A stretch of 64,000 nt of DNA from a bacterium (GTDB lineage Bacteria; Patescibacteriota; Minisyncoccia; Phycocordibacterales; UBA1006). The stretch lies in contig JBAWXN010000003.1 in the NCBI GenBank assembly GCA_037144045.1, positions 7,696 through 71,695 of the forward strand, given 5' to 3'. The notes beneath the pieces were generated by a model that ran no database searches, was not told where the DNA came from, and saw only the letters and a list, made by a program, of their open reading frames with translations. Below are positions 56,911 to 64,000 of this stretch, one piece after another; within the stretch, counting starts at the first letter, position 1, and the number at the start of each line of letters is the position of its first letter. A program made the position numbers and the translations under genes.

Positions 56911-58032
56911 ATGTTTGCACGCATTATTAAAAACATAGATTGGGTACTGGTGGCTTTTATGATACCAATTTTACTTGCAGGGGTTGTGACCATGTCTTCA
57001 TTTTCAGGAGCAACCACTTATTTTGTTAAGCAGAGTATTTGGATTGGAATTGCTTTCCTTGCGTTCTTTTTCTTAGCAAGTATTGATGCGCAAGTATTTA
57101 AAAAAACAAATACCCTAGTGGGGCTATTTTTAGGTGGGATTGCAGTGCTTCTTATTGTTTTTGTTATTGGGCACACCGCAAAAGGTGCTACGAGTTGGCT
57201 TTCATTCGGAGGATTTTCACTTCAGCCAGCTGATCCCATGAAACTCATCCTTATTCTAGTACTTGCAAAATACTTGTCACGTCGACATATTGAAATTGCA
57301 AATATTAAACATATTTTTATTACGGGTGCGTATTTCTTCGTCCCTTTTCTACTGGTGTTTTTCCAGCCAGACCTCGGCTCTGCCCTTATTTTCGGGGCTA
57401 TTTGGCTTGGAATTATGTTGGTATCGGGTATTTCTAAAAAACACCTTGCCGTTTTATTTTCCATAGGACTTATTTCATTTGCTGGGCTCTGGTTGTTTGT
57501 ACTCAAGCCGTATCAAAAAGCGCGTATTGAAAACTTTGTAAACCCCATGAATGATATTCGTAAGACAGGATATAATGTATATCAATCAGTTATTGCTGTG
57601 GGCTCAGGTCAGGTTCTTGGTAAAGGGGTAGGATATGGAACGCAGTCGCGACTTAACTTTCTACCAGAATATAAAACCGACTTTATTTTTGCAGCATTTG
57701 CAGAAGAGTGGGGATTTATTGGTGCAGGTATTATTATTTTCTGTTATGGAATGGTCATTTGGCGTATTTTACGCATCGGGAAACTGGGGTCTTCTAACTT
57801 TGAGATTTTATACACGCTCGGGGTAGCAATATTCTTCATGAGTCATATTATTATTAATATGGGAATGAATATTGGTATCATGCCTGTTACGGGGATTGCG
57901 CTACCCTTTATGAGCTATGGTGGATCACATTTACTCACTGAATTTGCGTGTTTGGGAATTTTAATGAGTATGCGGGGTTATAACCGTTCAATGCATCGTG
58001 ATGAAACTAAAAACGAATTTCTAGGTATGTAA
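56911..58032 (+). CDS. SEDS family peptidoglycan glycosyltransferase (FtsW/RodA)
   Basis: About 10 TM, with the conserved periplasmic loop LQPADPMKLILILVLAKYL and C-terminal GIALPFMSYGGSHLL. Confidence 0.8.
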   Translation: MFARIIKNIDWVLVAFMIPILLAGVVTMSSFSGATTYFVKQSIWIGIAFLAFFFLASIDAQVFKKTNTLVGLFLGGIAVLLIVFVIGHTAKGATSWLSFGGFSLQPADPMKLILILVLAKYLSRRHIEIANIKHIFITGAYFFVPFLLVFFQPDLGSALIFGAIWLGIMLVSGISKKHLAVLFSIGLISFAGLWLFVLKPYQKARIENFVNPMNDIRKTGYNVYQSVIAVGSGQVLGKGVGYGTQSRLNFLPEYKTDFIFAAFAEEWGFIGAGIIIFCYGMVIWRILRIGKLGSSNFEILYTLGVAIFFMSHIIINMGMNIGIMPVTGIALPFMSYGGSHLLTEFACLGILMSMRGYNRSMHRDETKNEFLGM

Positions 58033-58036
58033 TCAT

Positions 58037-58576
58037 ATGAATCTGCAATTATTTTTCTTACTCTATAATCTTACCGGACAGAACACGGTCTTCGATCGTA
58101 TTGTTTTTTGGGTCGCAGAATACGGTGATAGTTGTATGATTGCTATAATAGGGATCGCACTCATTTTATTTTTTGTCCATGATAAAGACTGGAAACGGAG
58201 ACGTTGGATTGATTGGGTAAAAGAAGTCCTAATAATAGGTGTTTCAGTCGTATTACCATGGTTAGTAACACTACTCCTTAAAGTACTCGTGCATGCACCG
58301 CGACCGTTCGTTACTTTTACACAAGTACACCCACTGGTTACAGAAACGCCCTATTCCTCGTTTCCATCAGGACATGCGACCGTGTTTTTTGCACTCGCTA
58401 TGACGACATATTTATACCATAAGCGCCTTGGGTATTTTTTCTTTGGCTGTGCACTACTTATTGCAATATCTCGAGTTATTTCCGGGGTACATTATCCAAT
58501 AGATATTTTGGTGGGGACTGGTATTGGAATTTCCATTGCCTATTTGTCAACTATCTTTTTACGGAAAAACGAGTAA
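58037..58576 (+). CDS. PAP2 family lipid phosphatase (undecaprenyl-diphosphatase-like)
   Basis: PAP2 motifs KVLVHAPRP, SFPSGHAT, SRVISGVHYPIDIL. Confidence 0.75.
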   Translation: MNLQLFFLLYNLTGQNTVFDRIVFWVAEYGDSCMIAIIGIALILFFVHDKDWKRRRWIDWVKEVLIIGVSVVLPWLVTLLLKVLVHAPRPFVTFTQVHPLVTETPYSSFPSGHATVFFALAMTTYLYHKRLGYFFFGCALLIAISRVISGVHYPIDILVGTGIGISIAYLSTIFLRKNE

Positions 58577-58587
58577 TATAAGGGTAT

Positions 58588-59973
58588 ATGTGGAAAAAAC
58601 GAATCGGAGCATTAGTATTATTAGTAATTGCCGTAGGGATCGGTTATTTTGTGTACTGGTCAGAAGTAACCGGAAAACGTCCGTTTAAGCTCGGACTTGA
58701 TTTATCAGGAGGAACGTATCTGCTTTATAAGGTAGATGTTTCTAAAATTGATCCAAAGCAAATTCCAGACATTATGGATTCTTTGCCTGGATTTATTGAA
58801 AAACGTATTAGTCAAAAAGAAACCGCAGGAGCTCTTGGGGTGCTTGAAGCTAACATTCACACAGAAACAACGTCGCTCGCAGGGAATCAAGTTGAATACC
58901 GTGTAGGTATTGAATTACCTGGAGTAACTGACGTTAAAAAAGCAGAAGATATTATTGGTAAGGCACCATTCCTTGAATTCAAGGTGGAAAATCCTGACTA
59001 TAAGAAAATTGATGGTAAGGATCAAGTTATTGAGCTCGATGAAACTGCTATTAAAAATGGAACCCTTGACCTCTCGACCGCTTTAGAAAAGTATAGTCCT
59101 TATAAGTCAATTGGATTTACTGGGCAATATTTAGCAAATGCAGATCTTCAATTTGATCCGAATACTCACGCGCCAAGTGTAGGACTTACGTTTAACGATG
59201 AAGGAGCAAAATTGTTTGAAAAATTAACTGGTGAAAATATTGGGAAAACCATTGCTATTTACCTTGATGGTCAATTGATCGAATCACCACGGGTGAACCA
59301 GAAAATCTCTGGAGGCAAAGCAGTTATTTCTGGAAATTTTACTCCAGTAACTGCTCGTGACTTAGTAAACAATCTTAATCACGGTGCACTTCCAGTACCT
59401 ATTAGTCCAATTTCTACAGATGTAATTGGGCCAACCTTGGGGTCTCACGCGGTGAACGCTGGTATCCTTGCTGGACTTATTGGTCTTATTGCAATTGCAG
59501 TATTACTCATCGTTTGGTACCGACTTCCTGGATTTATTGCAACGCTCACTCTTGGGATTTACGGAGTAGTAATGCTGGCATTGTTTAAGTTAATCCCAGT
59601 AACGCTTACTTCTGCAGGAATTGCTGGATTTATTATCTCGCTTGGTATGGCAGTAGATGCGAGCATTCTTATTTTTGAACGTGTTAAAGAAGAAATGCAC
59701 ACTGGTAAATCAATCCCAGAATCTATTCATCTTGGATTTGATCGAGCATGGAACGCAATTCGAGATGGAAATATTTCAAGTCTTATCTCAGCGGCAGTGT
59801 TGTTCTTCCTAGGTACTACGCTTATCAAGGGTTTTGCGGTAACGTTTGGACTTGGAGTGTTGGTGTCTATGGGGGTGATAGTGGTAGTATCTCGTGCCTT
59901 TTTGTACGTAGTTGCAGGACTTGGTAATGGTCGAATTAAACGCTTCTTGTTTTCAAGTGGGTTTTCAAAATAA
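58588..59973 (+). CDS. secD: protein translocase subunit SecD
   Basis: N-terminal TM, periplasmic domain, LGLDLSGGTYLLYKVD, and a C-terminal 6-TM bundle. Confidence 0.88.
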   Translation: MWKKRIGALVLLVIAVGIGYFVYWSEVTGKRPFKLGLDLSGGTYLLYKVDVSKIDPKQIPDIMDSLPGFIEKRISQKETAGALGVLEANIHTETTSLAGNQVEYRVGIELPGVTDVKKAEDIIGKAPFLEFKVENPDYKKIDGKDQVIELDETAIKNGTLDLSTALEKYSPYKSIGFTGQYLANADLQFDPNTHAPSVGLTFNDEGAKLFEKLTGENIGKTIAIYLDGQLIESPRVNQKISGGKAVISGNFTPVTARDLVNNLNHGALPVPISPISTDVIGPTLGSHAVNAGILAGLIGLIAIAVLLIVWYRLPGFIATLTLGIYGVVMLALFKLIPVTLTSAGIAGFIISLGMAVDASILIFERVKEEMHTGKSIPESIHLGFDRAWNAIRDGNISSLISAAVLFFLGTTLIKGFAVTFGLGVLVSMGVIVVVSRAFLYVVAGLGNGRIKRFLFSSGFSK

Positions 59974-59987
59974 TTTTCTCTGAATAT

Positions 59988-60869
59988 ATGTTTATTATTA
60001 AATATAAAAAAATCTTCTTTGCCCTCGCAATAATTTTGGTAGGTGGTTCTCTTGCTGCAATGATAACCAAAGGGTTTAAAATTGGTGTAGACTTTACAGG
60101 AGGGTCAGTTCTTGAAGTTGCCTACGATGTACGTCCTTCAATAAGTGTTATTAAAGACAAGGTGCTTGTACTACGTCCAGACGCTCAAATTCAAGAAGTG
60201 GGTACTAACGACATTCGAGTGCGTACGGAAACTATTGATCAAGCAACTAAAGATACTGTCTTAGCTGCACTTTCAACAGAAACAAATACTGCAACTGAAA
60301 AGCGTTTTAACACGATTGGTCCATCAGTAGGGGAAGAACTGCGTAATAAGGCAAAATGGTCAATTACGATCGTTTCACTTGCAATTGTGTTATTTATCGC
60401 ATTTGCTTTCCGCAAGGTCTCAAAACCAATTTCGTCCTGGGCATATGGAATTATTGCAATTGTCGTATTGATTCACGACGTGGTGCTTCCTGCTGGATTC
60501 TTTGCACTTATGGGACTCCAGGTAGATACGTTGTTCGTTGTAGGACTTCTTACTATTCTTGGTGTTTCGATCAATGACACTATTGTGGTATTTGATCGCA
60601 TTCGTGAAAATCTTCACTTCAATGAAACTAAGCATATTAAAGAAGACTTTGCTCACACGGTTGGAAAGAGTCTTAATCAAACCTTTGTGCGATCAATTAT
60701 GACTTCGCTTACGGTTTTGATTGCCTTGGCAGCATTGTATTTGTATGGACCTGAGGCAACTCATAATCTTGCAATTACGATGTTCTTGGGAATGTTCTTT
60801 GGAACCTATTCATCAATATTTATTGCCTCACCACTCCTTGTGGTTTGGAATAACTATAAAAACAAGTAA
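59988..60869 (+). CDS. secF: protein translocase subunit SecF
   Basis: GVDFTGGSVLEV and a C-terminal TM bundle IHDVVLPAGFFALMGLQVDTLFVVGLLTILGVSINDTIVVFDRIREN. Confidence 0.88.
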   Translation: MFIIKYKKIFFALAIILVGGSLAAMITKGFKIGVDFTGGSVLEVAYDVRPSISVIKDKVLVLRPDAQIQEVGTNDIRVRTETIDQATKDTVLAALSTETNTATEKRFNTIGPSVGEELRNKAKWSITIVSLAIVLFIAFAFRKVSKPISSWAYGIIAIVVLIHDVVLPAGFFALMGLQVDTLFVVGLLTILGVSINDTIVVFDRIRENLHFNETKHIKEDFAHTVGKSLNQTFVRSIMTSLTVLIALAALYLYGPEATHNLAITMFLGMFFGTYSSIFIASPLLVVWNNYKNK

Positions 60870-60874
60870 TAAAA

Positions 60875-60900
60875 AACTCGCATAGTGCGAGTTTTTTATT
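60875..60900 (+). terminator. intrinsic terminator after secF
   Basis: AAAAAACTCGCA-tag-TGCGAGTTTTTTATT. Confidence 0.75.
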
Positions 60901-60938
60901 ATCAAGAAAAGATAAAGAGTTTTATTTTTTCTTGATAA

Positions 60939-61283
60939 TTGACTTTGCAATTATGGACTGCTTGTCATATTATGAATCGTATGAAAAATCAGTTGCCTGT
61001 TTTTAAAAATAAAGAACTCAATCAATTCGCCTTGTATTGTAAGGAGCAATTTACCTCAATTGATGCGAAATTTACCTCAATTGATGCAAAATTTATTTCA
61101 ATCGATGAACGCTTTATTGCTATCGAAAACAGGCTTGATAATCATGATAAGAAACTAGATATTATTATGGAAACCTTGGCGGAAATTCTTGAAAAACTAA
61201 ACCAGCTTACTGATGTTTTTGGAAAAACTCGTGCAGACGTGATTGATTTACAGTATCGAGTGACTCAATTGGAGTCAAAATAA
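60939..61283 (+). CDS. hypothetical coiled-coil protein containing four tandem 7-aa (21-nt) repeats
   Basis: FTSIDAK FTSIDAK FISIDER FIAIENR repeats followed by a heptad coiled coil. True start uncertain (several in-frame Met). Confidence 0.35.
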   Translation: MTLQLWTACHIMNRMKNQLPVFKNKELNQFALYCKEQFTSIDAKFTSIDAKFISIDERFIAIENRLDNHDKKLDIIMETLAEILEKLNQLTDVFGKTRADVIDLQYRVTQLESK

Positions 61284-61362
61284 GGTTATTGTGTATGGGT
61301 GGTTAAGTTTTTTATATATTGCTATACTAGACATGTTACTCCTAATTTAAATTTTTTACTAT

Positions 61363-61923
61363 ATGATGATTCTTTGGGTTATTCTTGGTATTGTTGCAAT
61401 TATTGCCATTTGGGTAGTCGCAACATATAACCGATTTATTGGATTTAAAAACCGCACTGCCGAAGCATGGGCAGACATTGAGGTGCAATTAAAACGCCGT
61501 TACGATCTTATTCCTAATTTAGTGAGTACCGTAAAAGGATATGCAGCGCACGAATCAGGAACTCTTGAAAAAGTAATTGCGGCCCGAAATGTTGCAATGC
61601 AATCAGGTGGAGCAAGTCCAGAACATGCGGCAGCTGAAAACGTTCTTTCAGGTACTTTGAAATCTATTTTTGCATTATCAGAAAATTATCCTGATCTTAA
61701 AGCAAATACTAACTTTTTGGAATTACAGCGAGAACTTTCTGACACAGAAAACAAATTACAAGCGTCACGAAGATTCTATAACGGAAACGTGCGTGATTTT
61801 GGAACCGCTCTTGAAACATTTCCATCAAATATAATTGGAGGAATGTTTAAATTTACTAAGCCTGCATTCTTTGATATTCCTGATGATGGAGTAGAAAGTA
61901 AGCCAGTAGAAGTAAAATTCTAA
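61363..61923 (+). CDS. lemA: LemA family protein
   Basis: N-terminal TM + ATYNRFIGFKNRTAEAWADIEVQLKRRYDLIPNLV is the canonical LemA signature. Confidence 0.8.
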   Translation: MMILWVILGIVAIIAIWVVATYNRFIGFKNRTAEAWADIEVQLKRRYDLIPNLVSTVKGYAAHESGTLEKVIAARNVAMQSGGASPEHAAAENVLSGTLKSIFALSENYPDLKANTNFLELQRELSDTENKLQASRRFYNGNVRDFGTALETFPSNIIGGMFKFTKPAFFDIPDDGVESKPVEVKF

Positions 61924-61928
61924 ATACC

Positions 61929-63644
61929 ATGAAAAAGGCACTTCTTATAGGAATAGGTTTCTTAGGAGTGTTTTTTTGCATTCCTGGTATTTCACATGCA
62001 GAGAAAATTAATGACTTTTCTGCAATTATCACGGTTCAAAAAAACGCAGAACTCAGAGTTGTTGAAAAAATTCAGTATGATTTTGAGGGTGCTGATCGCC
62101 ATGGAATTTTTAGAAGTATTGCAACCAATAATAGTGACGGGTCTGAAATTGGTATAAAAAATATAACCATTACTAATGAACAGGGAATAGAATATTCATT
62201 TATAAAACAATATTCGTCAGCGGGGATTACTCTTCGTATTGGTGATCAATATAAAACAGTTTCTGGTATAAAAACGTACATCATTTCTTATGAAGTAAGC
62301 AATGCCCTTGTTTCGTTTGATGCGTATAACGAACTCTATTGGAATATTACCGGAAATGGGTGGAATGTTCCTATTGATAAGGTTACTGCGCAGGTAGTTT
62401 TCGAAAATAACGAAAACCCTGTGGTCCAAACTTCTTGTTATCAAGGAGTTATTGGTTCAACTGTAAGTTGTCTGCTTGATGAAAATCATAGAGCTGGTGT
62501 TTCAAATCTACTTCCTAATGAAGGGGTTACTATTGCTATTGGTTTCGAAAAAAATTATACAAGTCCTATTAACCGCATCGGAGGGCAAATCAATACTGCT
62601 GCAGTACCAGTTTCACCGTATGTAACCCTAGTAAAGATTGCTAGTGCAATAATTGGCGCATTAGTTTTAGGTACTTCTGTATTCCTTTGGTATAAGGAGC
62701 AAGATCCTAAAACAACACGTCCAATAGTTGCGTGGTACGAACCTTCTCAGCAATTAGATCCAATAGTACTCGGAACATTAATTGATAAAGTTACTGATCT
62801 GCGAGATGTGGTAGCACAAATTATTTCTCTTGCCGAGCGAGGTTATATTTCTATTACGCGCATAGAAGAAAAAAGACTAGTCGTGTTTACTGACACTGAT
62901 TATGTACTTACTGTAGTTTCAGGTAGTGATACTACGATGTCGCTCATCGATAAAAGCGTATTGCGGCTCGTGTTTGGTACTGAGCAACCAGAAATCGGCT
63001 TCGCGGTACATCTCTCAGATTTGAGTAAGCGATCCTCAGATGTCCAGTCGATCGTTAAAAGTATTAGAAGTTTGGCAGCGAAGGAATTATTAACTAAAGG
63101 GTATTTTGAACCGCAAAAAAATAAAGGACTAGGAATTGTTATACAACTCTTCTCAGCAGCTGCCATTTATGCAGGTATTAAATTAGGTTCTCTTATCACT
63201 AGTTTTGCATACATACTCATTCCTACGGGCTTACTTGGTATATTTTTTCTCATTGCGCCGGGAAATAAACGCACACAACTGGGTGTAGATACAACTCAAG
63301 AAGTCCTCGGTTTCAAAACCTTTTTGTCGGTTACCGATAAAGAACGATTTGAATTTCATAACGCTCCAGAAAAAAATCCGACTCAATTTATGCAATTTTT
63401 GCCGTATGCTATTGCATTTGGAGTAGAAGAAAAATGGGCTCATCAATTTGAAGGAGTAATGATTCCTAAACCAGATTGGTATAACGGAGGAGCTGCAGGG
63501 GCATTTATTGCAACTGATTTTGCAAGAGACCTCCATAGTTTTGGTACTGGTTTCAGCACAACAGCGACCCCTGCTCGGTCTGGGTCTGGCGGTGGAGGCT
63601 CATCAGGTGGCGGGTCAGGTGGAGGTGGCGGGGGAAGTTGGTAA
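61929..63644 (+). CDS. DUF2207-type membrane protein (LemA partner) with Gly/Ser-rich C-terminal tail
   Basis: Signal peptide, a large N-terminal extracytoplasmic domain, central TM helices and a terminal SGSGGGGSSGGGSGGGGGGSW. The conserved lemA-DUF2207 gene pair. Confidence 0.7.
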   Translation: MKKALLIGIGFLGVFFCIPGISHAEKINDFSAIITVQKNAELRVVEKIQYDFEGADRHGIFRSIATNNSDGSEIGIKNITITNEQGIEYSFIKQYSSAGITLRIGDQYKTVSGIKTYIISYEVSNALVSFDAYNELYWNITGNGWNVPIDKVTAQVVFENNENPVVQTSCYQGVIGSTVSCLLDENHRAGVSNLLPNEGVTIAIGFEKNYTSPINRIGGQINTAAVPVSPYVTLVKIASAIIGALVLGTSVFLWYKEQDPKTTRPIVAWYEPSQQLDPIVLGTLIDKVTDLRDVVAQIISLAERGYISITRIEEKRLVVFTDTDYVLTVVSGSDTTMSLIDKSVLRLVFGTEQPEIGFAVHLSDLSKRSSDVQSIVKSIRSLAAKELLTKGYFEPQKNKGLGIVIQLFSAAAIYAGIKLGSLITSFAYILIPTGLLGIFFLIAPGNKRTQLGVDTTQEVLGFKTFLSVTDKERFEFHNAPEKNPTQFMQFLPYAIAFGVEEKWAHQFEGVMIPKPDWYNGGAAGAFIATDFARDLHSFGTGFSTTATPARSGSGGGGSSGGGSGGGGGGSW

Positions 63645-63662
63645 TTGGTATAATAGGGTTCT

Positions 63663-64000
63663 ATGGCAACGCTCTATACTCATCAGGCTGATAATGTTCG
63701 AAAAACATGGATACTCATGTCCGTGTTTTTAGTGTTGTTTATTGGTATTGGTTACGCACTTTCTTATATATATGGAAATATAACGATTTTATATATTTTT
63801 GCGGCTTTCTCGGTAGTTATGAATATCGTTTCGTATTGGTACTCTGATAGTATCGCTCTTGCAAATGCTCATGCGCATCCAGCAGATGGTCCAAAATTTC
63901 TTGAATTAAATCGTATCGTTGAAAATCTTGCAATAACTGCAGGATTACCTAAACCGCGGGTGTATATTATTAATGATCCGGCACCGAATGCTTTCGCTAC
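63663..64000 (+). CDS. htpX: protease HtpX homolog (M48 family), 5' part; continues beyond window
   Basis: MATLYTHQADNVRKTWILMSVFLVLFIGIGYALSYIYG...KPRVYIINDPAPNAFA matches the HtpX N-terminus, and the Gly-rich LSYIYG is typical of HtpX. Confidence 0.7.
   Translation, partial: MATLYTHQADNVRKTWILMSVFLVLFIGIGYALSYIYGNITILYIFAAFSVVMNIVSYWYSDSIALANAHAHPADGPKFLELNRIVENLAITAGLPKPRVYIINDPAPNAFA

Noticed and set aside
61050-61133. CRISPR-like array
   Set aside because: Only four directly abutting 21-nt units with no spacers, in frame inside an ORF. No cas genes anywhere in the window.

Overview
This window looks like a small, gene-dense bacterial chromosome segment of about 40% GC. Gene content (conserved housekeeping genes with no mobile DNA, many membrane and secreted hypotheticals, introns in rRNA, an archaeal-type alpha2 GlyRS, and a LemA/DUF2207 pair) fits a Patescibacteria/CPR-like organism. 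Confidently called genes are four aminoacyl-tRNA synthetases (argS, ileS, glyQS, metG), thyA, pyk, tatD, the rpsF-ssb-rpsR and rplJ-rplL operons, efp, recA, ftsK, secD/secF, a SEDS protein, a PAP2 phosphatase, an M16 peptidase, folB and a folK-folP fusion, and a partial htpX at the 3' edge. A surface-glycan locus lies at 36.8-46.8 kb: two tandem O-antigen-ligase/TPR proteins, four glycosyltransferases, a methyltransferase and a Wzx flippase. Immediately upstream is a candidate S-layer protein with strongly biased codon usage. A 23S-5S rRNA operon (52.06-55.99 kb) has no 16S gene upstream in the window. Its 23S gene is interrupted at the classic I-CreI-type site (E. coli ~2593) by a ~720-nt ORF-less group I intron. 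That intron carries a well-formed tRNA-Cys(GCA) cloverleaf on the rRNA strand. Other notable points are a T-box leader (UGGU bulge, Ile) with an intrinsic terminator in front of ileS and a ~190-aa histidine-phosphatase domain inserted in-frame inside IleS. There is also a convergent pyrimidine-metabolism module at the 5' end (cytidylyltransferase-like fragment, deaminase-domain protein, ThyA-family enzyme, HIT-like protein). Many genes start 6-9 nt after an extended -10 box (TGnTATAnT), suggesting widespread leaderless mRNAs. Several very structured intergenic regions were noted. No CRISPR arrays, transposases or integrases were seen.
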